DNA of 64,000 bases from Podarcis melisellensis (lineage: Eukaryota): NCBI GenBank assembly GCA_964234715.1, contig OZ174278.1. One strand, written 5' to 3'. The notes below the pieces were generated by a model. It searched no databases. It saw only the letters and a program-made list of their open reading frames with translations, and was not told the origin of the DNA. Made by a program: the position numbers and the translations under genes. This document shows, piece after piece, positions 38,146 through 51,335 of the stretch. Position 1 is the stretch's first letter, and the number at the start of each line of letters is the position of its first letter.

Positions 38146-41100
38146 GTTATGGATCATTGATGTCACATATAGATTTGCCCCAATCTGACTCCTACAGAGC
38201 AACAAGCTAAAAGAGGAATTTCAGCAGCAGCAGCAGTATCCTTAAAAATAAACAGCCATTCATCCTTAGCCCGATATATCACCAATTACTTCCTATGAAC
38301 CTAATCTTAAGATAATTAGAGCAATATCATCTTTATTATATTCAGAATGGTGGCTCTTATGTGATTCTGTCTGATGAAAGAGACAGGATAACAAGGATTG
38401 GAAGCCATATCCAACATAAAAGTGACTGGCTACAATACAGCATGCTAGTGCTTTTGTAGTGTTTCACAGCTGCCCAGAAATACATTTTCTTTTCAATCAG
38501 GTAGTTATAAAACTGTCATTTTTTGTACCATTATTTGCTTATTTCCCTTTCAATTTTTTTAAAAATCTTAACAATACAAAACAATACGAAAACAATACGT
38601 TTAAAGGGCGACATGATTACTAGAAAAGAAAGAAAAATCAACATGTTAGTTTGCTGCTATTCTGAGACAAAAGGAATGTAGGATATACTTGAGTCCTGAG
38701 TGGGACTAAAAATTCCAGCATTGGCAGCACCCCAAAGGCTGCTGAATATGGAGCATAGGAAGGATGTAGGAATTGGCTTGTTGATGTTCCCTGAGTAATG
38801 GCTCCCAAGGAGCCTCTATCTCATCTACAAAAGGACACCATCTGTTGAAAAGGGTGCTGCCAATCTCTAAATTCACTCAGAGCATTGCAGTTTTTCGGTC
38901 CTACCCTTTCCTATCCTGACCTTCAAATAATCTTCACTGTGTCTACAACTTAAAAGAATGTGCTTATAGTCACAACTAGGTTCTCAGGCTGATTGATTAT
39001 ATAAAATTAGCACACATACCCCTCTTTTTAAATAGGTATTTCCAGAAATACTTAAAAATCCTTCAAAACAATCTCAAAGATTTTTTAAAAATAATTACTT
39101 TTCAATTTCAAGTTACAGGCGTAGCAGATAAAATATGTTTACAAATGCCATGCCTGTACGAATATATATGCCTGTACAAATAGATTACATATATATTGAT
39201 AAACGAAAAATGATAATACAAAGTCTAACTCCAGCCTGTCTGTCTCTGATTTTGAATTGGGGGAGTGTGAGACCACATAGAATCATGAGAAACATGCCCC
39301 CCCACAAAGAAAAAGAAGAATCTGGTATACAACCATGTTATTAAGGTCTACAAATATTGGATTTTATATGTAGGTTATCAGTAAATCCCATGTTTTGCTG
39401 CTTGCTGGGATAGGTTTCTCTTAGTGATCAGTGCAGGAAGGGTGCTACAGGGGGTAATTTGCATTGAGGCTATTGTGGGAGGGGGGCATTAAATCCTCCC
39501 TCACTACAGTACCAATCATGATTCTCTCTTTGTGAGATTTTTTTGAGGGGGTAAACTGATACACAATGCAATGCTATTTGGAAATGAAGACTTAAAGGGA
39601 AAGTGTTCATTCCTAGAAAGGAGGGCTGGATCATAGAAAAGGAAATGGCTGGATCACAACCTAAAATCAGATTGCTGAGCAATCAATAGAGATCATGATC
39701 TGACCAGAATAGCAACAAAATGGATCATCCATACTTGAGGAAATCATAGCTATTCCATTAAGTTTGAAAAGTCAGAATTTCTTAGCTATGGGGGTGGTGG
39801 GAACTAGAAGGAAGGGGGGGGGAGAGACAAGATGCGGATGTTTAGTTAATGACATGGTGCAGATGTTATTGTAGCTATTTCACAATCAATGCCCAGTAAG
39901 GAAACAGTCTTAAAAACAAACTGTTTCCCATGTCAGTGAAATCTCAATTTGAGTGCCTTACTACAATCATAGAATTAGGAAAGATCTCATGGATAAAGGA
40001 ACTACCCCAGCTAGACACATATTCTTCATTAAACTAAAGCAGTCATATTTGTTATTATTATTTTTTAATATACATCTCTATTTGGAAAATGTATAGCATA
40101 ATTCTAAAGTACATACAATTCAGTAGTAGGAATATTAGATTTAACTCCATATCTCTAAGGCTTCAGGCAAGTGTGCATTTTGCCATTTTTTTATTATATT
40201 TGTATTTTTTATTGTAACCTTTCAGTTCCTTTCTCACCTCCCTACCATGCAGAGACATCACTTCAGTACAGCTAGAAATGTTCCATATTGGATTCTTAGC
40301 CTCTTGTCAGTCTCACATCCTACAATAAACTGACTGGGTTATAGAGGTCATGTTCACAGCCTTCAAGATGTCTCAAAGACCTTGGGATATCAGTCAGTGG
40401 CTAAAACAGAGTCTTTAAACAATTTATTTTTTGTAAACAGAGAGTAAGCTGAGAATGTGTGTGAAACATTTTATTTTCAATTTTGCTTTGCACATTGGTT
40501 CGGAGGTGGATTTTTTGTTGTTACTATTCCTGTCTTGATTGTGTTTTCTAGTAACTTTCCCCTCTTAACTGAAGAATGATGAGCACACCTCTCTAATGTT
40601 GTTTGATTGTGGGCCCACAATGATAAATCACTAATGTTCTATTATGGACTCCTAAAAGGAGAACTGAGCCAGCTTTGTGGTTGGATGACTTCCGTCTAAC
40701 CCTTATTGTTGTTTGTTTGTTCTCTGCTAAAGACAATTTTTGTTTATCATGGATTGTGTGCTGGAGACTCTGACACTGAAATTTGGCACCGTTCTTTCGG
40801 TCAGTTTGGTCAAAATGATTTACAACTCTTTCTCCATGACTAGCTTCCATTAGTCCTGAATGCAAAGTCAACAAATATTCATAGGAGACCACAGGGAATG
40901 TTTTAGGATTTCTGAATGCTACAGCTCTAACTGTGCCAGGGGACAATTACCTCATGTCTCACAAACAGTACATTATGAAGTGGGGATTATATTCTCTTTT
41001 TCATGGTCAGTCTGGTTAGCTGAATATTCAAAAACCAACTAAAAGATTATGCAACAGGAAATAACTTTTCCAGTTATAGAAAAATGCCAAGCTTAAGTTC

Positions 41101-41157
41101 AAAATGTGAATTCTTCATCCAAATAACCCCCAACTTGTGTTTTTAAAGCTTCTTATT

Positions 41158-41377
41158 GAAAGCCAATGTGGTGTAGGTGGTTGGACTGTTTGACTAGGAC
41201 CCAGGTACCAGGGTTCATATCCCCATGAAGCTTGGCCGAGTTGCCCTAGGCCAGTAATAATATCTCAGTCTAACCTACCTCACAGGGTTGTTATGAGGAT
41301 AAAATGGAGGAGAAGAACCATTTATGCCACCTTGAGCTCCTAGAAGTAATAGTGGGTTTAAAATATAAAAATAAAAT
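41158..41377 (+). mobile_element. CORE/MIR-like tRNA SINE (Squam3-like)
   Basis: tRNA-like head (GTGGTGTAGGTGGTT...GGGTTCATATCCC), CORE-like CTCAGTCTAACCTACCTCACAGGGTTGTTATGAGGATAAAATGG, A-rich tail. Confidence 0.75.
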
Positions 41378-41528
41378 CAACTGCTACAGTAAAGTGATTC
41401 AGGTACAAAGCTATCCACTTCAGTTTATTTCTCTCATAATTGTAAGGAGGGCTTAAATGTTCCTTATATAAAGAGGGGGAGAAGGAAAAATTATTGACTT
41501 GAAAATTGGTGGTTTATAATGTAATAAT

Positions 41529-42196
41529 AGTGAGGTAGGTGCCCGTCCCACCCTATATTTCTTAACCTCAGCACCCCCTTCCTCCCTCAAGCTCTATTTC
41601 CCTTCACTGACATACAGAGCATTTTCAATTCACTGTTCTCACCCATCTTGCTTCCACAACTGTTACACATGGGAGCTTGGGCCTCTCCCCTTCGTTTCAC
41701 CTGTGGCAGGTACTAGGCAAGCCAATAGGCGAGAGAGGGCCATGGGGATCCAAGAAACGGCTGCTAATACCCAGGAAAGCAAGTCCTAATCTTCTATTCA
41801 GAAGGGAATATTTGCTATAGTTTTTGTCACAGATCCAGTGAAATGCTAGTAAATGTTCAAAGCAAGCGCTTACCCTGACTTCTTCTCCGGAAGAGACGTC
41901 AGAACTTGTTTCCAAACTTGATTCTTTGCTCTGCATGACTAGAAAGAAAGAAAGACCACTCAAGATTCTAGATGGGCCCAGGGCCACAAAGGCAAAAGGG
42001 GGGGAAAGCCCAGTTTTACTAACCTTAACCAAACTCCAGTTTCAAGTTAACACACCTTCAGTCCCAGTGTGTTTATTGAGGCCTACCAGACCTTTCCATG
42101 ACTAGTGACCGAGTAAAACCTGGAATGGAACTACTCCAGATTCTGGTATACAACAAGAACTCTTAGAAAACCCGGAACGGATTTTCAAACGTCACA
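41529..42196. mobile_element. Possible solo LTR
   Basis: ~670-bp block of distinct composition bounded by GTGAGG...CGTCACA, with CCAAT and a GTGTGTTTATTG motif. No TSD. Confidence 0.35.
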
Positions 42197-42383
42197 CCTT
42201 CCTCTCAGCTATAGAAAAACAAGGAGGAAGACAGGCGTGTAGGAGTGGGGAAAATGCCCTATGTTTTGGGTAAAGCAGAAATGCCATGAATTGGGTAAAG
42301 CAGAAATGCCAGAAATGACAATAGAATTTTTTATGCACAGTTTTAACTGTTGCTTTAACTGTTTTAGGTGTTAAAGCAGAGGT

Positions 42384-42737
42384 GAAGATAAAGGTAAAGG
42401 GATCCCTGACCATTAGGTCCAGTTGTTGCTGACTCTGGGGTTGCAGCGCTCATCTCGCTTTATTGGCCGAGGGAGCTGGCATACAGCTTCCGGGTCATGT
42501 GGCCAGCATGACTAAGCCGCTTCTGGCAAACCAAAGCAGTGCACAGAAACACCATTTACCTTCCCACTGGAGCAGTACCTATTTATCTACTTGCACTTCG
42601 TGCTTTCAAACTGCTAGGTTGGCAGGAGCAGGGACTGAGCAACGGGAGCTCACCCCATCGTGGGGATTCGTACTGCCGAGCTTCTGATCGGCAAAACCTA
42701 GGCTCCGTGGTTTAACCCACAGCGCCACCCGCGTTCC
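42384..42737 (-). mobile_element. Sauria SINE (full length)
   Basis: Same family as 24148-24503. 12-bp TSD TAAAGCAGAGGT (42372-42383, 42739-42750). Confidence 0.93.
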
Positions 42738-43881
42738 ATAAAGCAGAGGTATTTAGGGCCATTTTCCCTGTATTGTATTGCTGAAGTTAAGTTTTGGGTT
42801 GTTGTCTTCCACAAAGGTTTGATCGTGCTGTACTAGTAATAATCAGATTAGATTTATCAGGCAGCGTACAAAACAAATATGTGAAAATTCAACAGATGCC
42901 ACAGTGCTGTGTTTTGTTGTAAGATTAAATATATTGCTACTGTACTACCATATTAAAAATATTCTGTAAGTCTGGAAGCTCATGGGTCCTTGCTAGGAAG
43001 CGTGGTGTCAGCACCTAGCATGGTCATGCAAACTCCAAGGCCCACCAGAGTTGACTGTAGTCACCTGCATCTTCAGCCTTCTCTCAAAAGAGCAGTGAAA
43101 CTCAGCCCAGTGTTGTGAAAGCATCAGGCAAGGTCACAAGCACTGCTTTTGGCCCCAGTTCTTTCAGGGCCCAAAGGGCCAGCACAATAAGCAGTGGAGT
43201 GGGTAGGAAGCTCTTAGCCAGTACTAAGAAGAGCATTGCTGGATGTAGCAGCTGTCTCCGCTCCCTCATTTCCCTAGGAAAAGGTGGTGTAAAGGGCAAG
43301 GCCTTGAGGGATGCTTACATGGTTTTAAATTTTTCTTTTACATTACAAACCTAGAGTTCTATTGCCTTGTTTTTTTGGTAGTGGAGGAGGACTCTCTGAA
43401 GACTGGCTTTGAGATTGGTAGTACCTCTGATTTGACCATATGTGATTGCATGGTCACATGATCTTTCCAGGAATGACTATGGGCTAGAATCTTTTATAGC
43501 CCCAGCTGCAGCAATCACAAACAGGGCATTTAAAAACATGTTTTAAAGCAGGGGTAGAGAGCAGAATCCCTCTACCTCCTTGTTGCACTTGCAGCACAAG
43601 CACGTGCGCGCACACACACATCAGCCCTTTAAAAATTATCCTTTAAAAAAGCAAAATTCTACACACATACCACTTCCCTTTCCTAAAGCACCTTCATTTT
43701 CTCCCCTTCTTCCCTTGTATGGTTGAAATGAAGACATTCTGAAGGTTTGGTAATTGGCACAGCTCTACTTTGTAGTGCTTCTCAGGCCTCTTGGAGGTGG
43801 TAGAGTTAAGGGACTTAATTAATTAAGGGACACCATTTTGCCCCTCCTGTTTCCAGGAACTTTCTCTGCTGTGCTACAGAG

Positions 43882-44000
43882 CAGCCTTTCCCAGCCTTGG
43901 TCACCATATACTAGACTACAATTTTCATAATTCCAGACCATAGCTACATGCTGGTTGGGGCTGGTGGGAGCTACAGTCCAACAACATCTGGGGACTCAAC
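43882..44000. mobile_element. Degraded palindromic hAT MITE related to 21652-21787
   Basis: GACTACAATTTTCAT...GGTGGGAGCTACAGTCCAACAACATCTGG. Confidence 0.55.
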
Positions 44001-44016
44001 ATGAACATTCTGTAGC

Positions 44017-44017
<1 letters not shown>

Positions 44018-44063
<46 letters not shown>
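44018..44063. repeat. (GA)n microsatellite
   Basis: Directly visible. Confidence 0.97.
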
Positions 44064-44068
<5 letters not shown>

Positions 44069-46746
44069 ATATGCAGTTCTCGAGATTGAGAAAATGAAAG
44101 GATGTATTTTTCCTTTCATCCTGAAACAATCCTATATATTGTGCAGGGGGAATTCATTTCACAGCACGCATTCCCAATCCTCACCCCATCCTGGATATTT
44201 AAACTGCCAGGGGAATGATCATGCTAATTCCCTCTCTTTCCCTACCCCTCGTTTTCTTTTGTGGGGTGGCTGGGTATGATTTTTAGCTGACACGCAAGCA
44301 TTCTAGGCGACTTTCACAGTGCACCTTAATTCTGGTTTCTTGAGATGCCATTTTCTCTCTCTCAGCTCAAATTTTATCAGTCTTCCATAAACTCAGAAGT
44401 TTGTGGCAGACTTTTTTTTTTGCAATTTTTCCAACTTTTTTCTTTTTGTTTTTAGTTACAAACTTTATACTTATACCTACTTATACTTTATCCTTATAAA
44501 CCTTCACCCTGATCAACTCCCGTCCAGAAACCTCTGTCCCCAGTCTGGAAGGATGTGTGGCTCCAGAATTGGCCTCCACAGTCACTTACAGACTTCCTGT
44601 TAAGACCTTAGTCATAGAAGACAATGTTACTCGGCCACGATTGATCGCCTAAGACCTAAGGAGTCTCGGGCAGGTAGAAACCATTACCTTGTCTTTTGGT
44701 GGCCCTGTTTCATTTCAAAACTGATAGGCACCTGAACTCCTGAATTCAGTGTTGAAGGGAATGATGTATCAGTTTATAAAAAGTAATGTATTATTTAGAA
44801 ATGCTTACAGATATATGGGAACTTGGAACAGATACATGACTACATCTGACTCTTTAAACATTAATACTTTGTGGCTATCAGATTGAATATTTATGGTCTC
44901 TAAATATCTACTGGCACACAGTTATTTCTATTATACAGTTACCACAGAATTCTAACTACAGTAAAGTTTGAAGTTACTTGCATATGAGGAAATCTGAGGG
45001 ATACTAAAAGAGTTTTGATAAGACTAACCACATTTCTCAGAAGGAGATCCTTATTTCTATAAGCTAGACATAAATTTGTAATCCAGTTTGAGCTTTGGGT
45101 CCAGCTGACATTCTTCTAATATAAACAAGTATCCTCCCAAGTTATAAAGAACAGTGTCTGTAAAGAATTTTGAGTATATTTCAGAGTGGTCAGATGATAT
45201 TGCATGAAACTTTTAAATGTCACATTGCAACCTTGCGTAACAGTTTAGTGCTACATGACTCAAAAATGACCTTTTAAAGCACAAAATGGATGAATAATGT
45301 GTATTTTCACAGAACCTGTTGTTCTGATCTGTAATTAGTGGAAAACCTTGACTTGTGTGTTTGATTTACTGAGTTGATTTACTGAACCTCCTAACTCATG
45401 ACTGCCTGGCAAAGGCTCTTCCCTGTGAAGTTCACTCGCAAGCAGTTTTGGTGCTAAATCTCACTTTTGTCAATAAAATCCCTTTAGGATGAGAGATTTA
45501 TGTTAAGCTGCTTTGTGCTTCCATCCCCACAGGAAACTATAACCAGGTTTCTCTCTGCACCTACTTCACACATCAGAGTAGCTGTTGATATCCTTAGTCC
45601 CCCACCTTTTCCTTTTGCTTGTCTTTTGTCTGTTTTCACAGTCCTCTTTGCTTTATAATCACTCACACTCATTTATCACTGGCTTACCCGGGCCTGCCTA
45701 CACTATCTTCCATTTTTGTCATGGTGCACTGGTACATTACAAATACAATTAAACCTTTTACGATACTGCAGCTTTTGGCTAACACATCCCAGCTTCAAGG
45801 TTGAAAGATTTCTGATATTACCACTGATATCAGTTCTTTCCCATTTATCGGCAGTGTCTGGACTAATGCAGAAATGTTGCATTAATTAAAGGAAGCATCC
45901 AGTAATGCTGCTGTTTTTGCCAGTCTGACACTGAATTGAAGCCTGATGCCTGCTCATGTTTTAAGAGCCATTCATCACACATGTCATCCTAAAGCAGCCA
46001 GCTGTCTGAGCAAAGCCTTATTTGCATTTCATCAACTGCAGTCTCCCTTTTCGTTTCCCTCCATCCATTGTATGGAGCTTTGGTTTTTAAAAAGAGCCTA
46101 GTCTTCAAAAAGCAGCTTAGCAAAAATTAGTATTCCGTTTAGAAAGATGATTTTACTTTAGTTCAGAGGTCTCAGCATTGATCCTGGGAAAATGTGTCAC
46201 ACAAACTTACATACACAATCTGTCTGTATCAAAAAAAATATTTATTGCTTTATGAAATAAGGCACCAACTTGGCAAACCATGTGCATTCAGTGGTTTGAA
46301 ATAATGAAACATTTCATTTCTGAAGAACTCTGAATAGCTTTGTGATTCCACAATATGGCAAGCTATGAGAGAATTTAATTTCTTTCTGTACTAAGCTAAA
46401 CTGCCTACCTTGTTGAGAATTACCACCCTGGTCGCACAATGTGAGAACTGCAAGCGTCAAATACTGTTTAGCTCATTTCTATGCCATTCAATCCTGTGTA
46501 TGTTTACTCAGAAGCAAATCCCACTGTAAAATTGCCTCATTAGCAAATGTGACCAAATCTATTGTGCAAAGAGATTATTGTTTCACATTTTCATTGGATT
46601 GTGATATTTTAATAAAGTACTAACATCTTTGTCCATGCCTAAAATATAGAAATATCTATACTACAGAAGCTGAATGTAGCTCTTCATTTATGTAAATTAA
46701 TAATATATTCAATGGTATATAGTATACCATTCTAGAAATGGGTATA

Positions 46747-46972
46747 CAGTGGTACCTCGGGTTACATACGCTTCAGGTTACAGACTCCACTAACCCAGAA
46801 ATAGTGCTTCAGGTCAATAACTTTGCGTTCGGATAAGAACAGAAATTGTGCTCCGGCAGCACAGCGGCAGCAGGAGGCCCCATTAGCTAAATTGGTGCTT
46901 CAGGTTAAGAACAGTTTCAGGTTAAGAACGGACCTCCGGAACGAATTAAGTACTTAACCCAAGGTACCACTG
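46747..46972. mobile_element. Tigger-like MITE, family A
   Basis: TA|CAGTGGTACCTCGGGTTA...TAACCCAAGGTACCACTG|TA. Confidence 0.92.
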
Positions 46973-48179
46973 TATGTATGCATGAAATAGCTCAGCTGGG
47001 ACAGGGTGGGGCTGGTGTGTTTGGTGAAAGGATATACCCCCTGAGGCTCCTGGCCAAGACTGTGTCCCCCCCCCCCCACCTCGGGTACTATTTAAGGCTG
47101 AAGTGAGCAGCTATGGCATGAGATGCTGATGGAGCAGGCTAGCTAACTGGCTGTACTGTAGGGGGGTCAAATTACGTTCATGATTTCTAAGTGCCTTCAG
47201 TTTGGGGTGGGGAGAGAAAGAGAGAGCACACACACAATATCAAAACTTTGAGGATATGCAAGACTTGAAGAAGTGGCAATCTTTATCTCCTTTGGTGAGA
47301 CATGGGACAAGGATTGTCCTACCCGGTCTTTTCCAATTGAAATGATATGCACAAAACATTATCACAGGTGGACTTTTTGTTCCCTTCAGTGGAGAGCATA
47401 GCTCCAATAGCTAATCTTTATGTGGATGTGTGACATCCCAGCTCCACAATAGATTACTGTGGTTCCGTGTTGTTATAATCCTAATAAATCCAAGGAAAGT
47501 TGTATCTATTAAGACTATAGCATAGGTATGGAGGGTTTGGACAGCTGAGACAAAACTTTGCAAAGCCAACATGGGAAAGTGGAGGTCCTTTGCACACACA
47601 AGCAAAAGTTGGATACCCTATCATTTGGGAGTTTAGATTTCACACAGCTAACTTATTACAATGCTTCAGATCACGCTGCATTTATATCTCCTAGCATTTA
47701 TAATTTGATTATACATCAGTTAATCATTCTCAGCTGAATGTGTGTATTGGCTCCAGTAAAAGACATCATGCTTAAGGTGATATGAATGTTGTATGTATAG
47801 TGTTGGATCTGCTGTGCCTGTCTAATGCATACAAGTCATCAAATGATGCTACATTAATCAAAGGATGATCATGCATCTGTGAACAGGGCTTAGGTCACCT
47901 GTGTTTCTGATAAACCCTTCTACATTAGATCTTATGGATGCAGTGCAGGTTTCTTTTATGCATGATCGTACTTCAACCTTTTTTAGGCAGCCCAGGACCA
48001 GCCCATCTCATCGTGCAGGGTTAAGCATCGCTTTTTCCTTGTCCATTGTCCTCTCCCTATCAGTTTCAATAAACCATGAGGGGCAAGAAATTCATTGAAC
48101 AATTACAGCATCAGACAGTGCTCTGAAGATCTTGTTTCATAATGGTGGAGCCCAGGTTCTGGTAGAAGCAAGTGACTTT

Positions 48180-48290
48180 ATTTAACTGTATTTTACTGAT
48201 AACTTTAATGTTTTAGTGTTTTTTAATTGTAAACTTATTTGAGGCTTTACTACAATCAAGTGGTATATAAATTTTGTTAAATAAATAATA
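48180..48290 (+). mobile_element. L2-type 3' tail remnant
   Basis: ACAATCAAGTGGTATATAAATTTTGTTAAATAAATAA. A similar tail occurs at about 62805-62860. Confidence 0.45.
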
Positions 48291-48310
48291 CAAAATTAAT
48301 GAAAACCCAT

Positions 48311-49100
48311 TGCGTGGACAGGCGGAGTTCCCAGATCCCGCACGGTCCCCCCGTCATGTGGAATAATGACTCAAGACAACGTGCTATGGGATTAAATTGG
48401 TCCCCAGCCGGGGACCTAGGGAGCATCAGGGTTATCCAGTGTGGGGGGGGGGATGGGCCGGCTCTGGAGAACATATGTTCAAGCAGAGATAGCCGCCCCC
48501 GTAACGCCGCCGCCACAGGGGAGAGCAATGACGACCTTTCGGCGTATGGTCAAAGGCTCCCTTCAGAAAACCCCTTTAACGGGGAACCCTGGTATCACCG
48601 CCGCAAAGAGGAAGATGGATAAAAGGATTCCGCCCAAGGCCTGATACCGCCAAAGTTGTGACATTTTGCTACGGGAAAGGCGAAACCTGCCAATGCAGGG
48701 AAATTCCTTTCCGGCCCTTTAACAGCGACCTTAATGTAGCAGCGCCCGCATACCTGTGAAGAAAAGTTAACCTGCAAAACCTGTGAGGAAAAATTAACCT
48801 GCAAAATAAGACATTAACTGAGGGTGGGTAGGGTGGGAGAAGCTCTGGAGCCAAGTGAGAATTCCCAGATAAGATCCTCCCTCTATTGTGTGGGCAGGTA
48901 ATCCCTCCCCTACCTGGCCTGCTCTCCTTGGCAACGCTTCCCCCAGGTGAGATTGGACAACTGACTGAGGTAGGCAGAGACCTCCAGGTATCCCACCTGA
49001 GGGAAGGCAAAGCCAAGCCTATGCTGTTGGAGCCGCTCCAGATCTAGGGGCTGCACGCGTCCACACAAAGGGCGCCCCCCGTTTTAAGCGGGGAGCGGTC
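48311..49100 (-). mobile_element. CpG-rich LTR-like element with an adjacent purine-rich, PPT-like tract
   Basis: Inverted termini TGCGTGGAC (48311) / GTCCACACA (about 49067). On the minus strand AAAACGGGGGGCGCCCTT precedes TGTGTGGAC. CCAAT on the minus strand; internal 27-bp tandem duplication at 48752-48805. Confidence 0.55.
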
Positions 49101-49446
49101 ATTGTAAAATAATCTGGTTAGTTTCTAAGATGTGAAAACACCCTGTCAAATAATATATTTCCTTGTACTTGAAAGGATTTGCAGCAATGTCTACTAGAAG
49201 GAATTCACAAAAGCTCTGGTGAAGTAAATGGCTTGGTTTTTCCCCATCTCTTCTTTTTTCTCTACTAATTTTGTGCTTATATCTGAAAATATGCTGAACG
49301 TCCTTCAGTATTTTACAGGGTCATCACTTGCCACATGGTTTGACATAGACCATTCATTGTTGGACATCTCAGAGCCAATTTTATGCTGTGGAAGGGAAGT
49401 AAACACAAGAGGGAAATTAATCAGATTATGGACCTTGAGACATATA

Positions 49447-49613
49447 CCACATTTTTCTGTGTATAACACGCCCCCATGTTTAAGACGCCCCCTATTTTTA
49501 CGGACTCCACTTTAACAAATTCCCAGAATTCACTAACCATGTATAAGATGACCCACAGTTTTTCACATATTTTTTACGTTAAAAACCCTAGTCTTATACA
49601 CGGAAAAGTATGG
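49447..49613. mobile_element. Tc2/pogo-like MITE
   Basis: TA|CCACATTTTTCTGTGTATAA...TTATACACGGAAAAGTATGG|TA. Confidence 0.8.
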
Positions 49614-50514
49614 TACCTATGTTTGCTTCAGACAAAATCAGAAGTTTCCATTTGCACATTACCAGGTCATAATCTTTTCTCCTGGATAACTGCCTACTTT
49701 TAAACGATTCCTAACCAAACTGTGAAATGGTATTCTTGTTCATCTGGCTTCCTCTTCTTTCAGATGTCAGAACACATTTTCCATTGCTTTTACCTTTCAA
49801 ACCCACTGTGTATTCCCTATTGAAGGTTCATGCATATTTTCCTGTGAAGATCCATCCCTTAGGTACATAAGGTCAGACTTTCTGACTATTCTTTGGGGCA
49901 CAAATACTGAAGAAGCGGTAAAACTCTCATTCTTTTTCAGTTTGATCTGAACTTTGAAAACTATTTATGGAACCTCAAAAGGGTGATAAAATGTTGTGTA
50001 TGTGTTTTAAGAAAAAGAACTGCAACTTCTTTCCCTCTACTTTTTGGGAGTAGTTATAATCAAAATTGTGCCAATTCCTGGGTTATCACAGTTCAAAGGA
50101 AAAATGCTATTCGCTTTTCTAAACAATGTAGGCTTCATTAATAATAATTATTATATTTACATCCCACTTGTCCCCTGAGGAGCTGAAGGTATCATAAATG
50201 GATTGTGAATAGGAGTGTGTGAATCTGAACTTATTTCTGTGGTTTATCTATGTCGATCATAGCATAAGTAAAGGTTGACATAACTTAAGTATCACATGAG
50301 GTTCTGCATCTTGAACCTTGCTTGACCTTGGTATATGCCTGATACCAGCCTCATCTCAGGATATACTTCACACCTTGTAAAGGTCCACACATGCAAATTT
50401 AGTTGCCAAGTACAGGATATTCAGCTCTTCAATGGGAGCCATCCACACACAATGGTAGAGGTAATTTGCAGGAAGAGTGCAAAGATATACCGTAACCAGG
50501 TTTAGTTAATGCCT

Positions 50515-51335
50515 AGCTGGAATTAAGATTGCCGGAAGAAATATCAACAACCTCAGATATGCAGATGACACAACCTTGATGGCAGAAAGTGAGGAGGAAT
50601 TAAATAACCTTTTATTGAGGGTGAAAGAGGAGAGCGCAAAATATGGTCTGAAGCTCAACATCAAAAAAAACGAAGATCATGGCCACTGGCCCCATCACCT
50701 CCTGGCAAATAGAAGGGGAAGAAATTGAGGCAGTGAGAGATTTTACTTTCTTGGGCTCCATGATCACTGCAGATAGTGACAGCAGCCACGAAATTAAAAG
50801 ATGTCTGCTTCTTGGGAGAAAAGCAATGACAAACCTAGACAGCATCTTAAAAAGTAGAGACATCACCTTGCCAACAAAGGTCCGTATGGTAAAAGTTATG
50901 GTTTTCCCAGTAGTGATGTATGGAAGTGAAAGTTAGACCATAAAGAAGGCTGATCGCCGAAGAATTGATGCTTTTGAATTATGGTGCTGGAGGAGACTCC
51001 TGAGAGTCCCATGGACTGCAAGATCAAACCTATCCATTCTGAAGGAAATCAGCCCTGAGTGCTCACTGGAAGGACAGATTGTGAAGCTGAGGCTCCAATA
51101 CTTTGGCCACCTCATGAGAAGAGAAGACTCCCTGGAAAAGACCCTGATGTTGGGAAAGATGGAGGGCACAAGGAGAAGGGGACGACAGAGGACGAGATGG
51201 TTGGATAGTGTTCTTGAAGCTACCAACATGAGTTTGACCAAACTGCGGGAGGCAGTGGAAGACAGAAGTGCCCAGCGTGCTCTGGTCCATGGGGTCGCGA
51301 AGAGTCGGACATGACTAAACGACTAAACAACAACA
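50515..51335 (+). mobile_element. 5'-truncated Bov-B (RTE) LINE
   Basis: Translates as GIKIAGRNINNLRYADDTTLMAE...KLRLQYFGHLMRREDSLEKTLMLGK, with frameshifts and a stop. (CAA)n tail. 11-bp TSD AGTTAATGCCT (50504-50514, 51336-51346). Confidence 0.96.

Noticed and set aside
40576-40667. C/D-box snoRNA-like ATGATGA...CTGA
   Set aside because: No terminal stem, no recognisable rRNA guide and no host intron.
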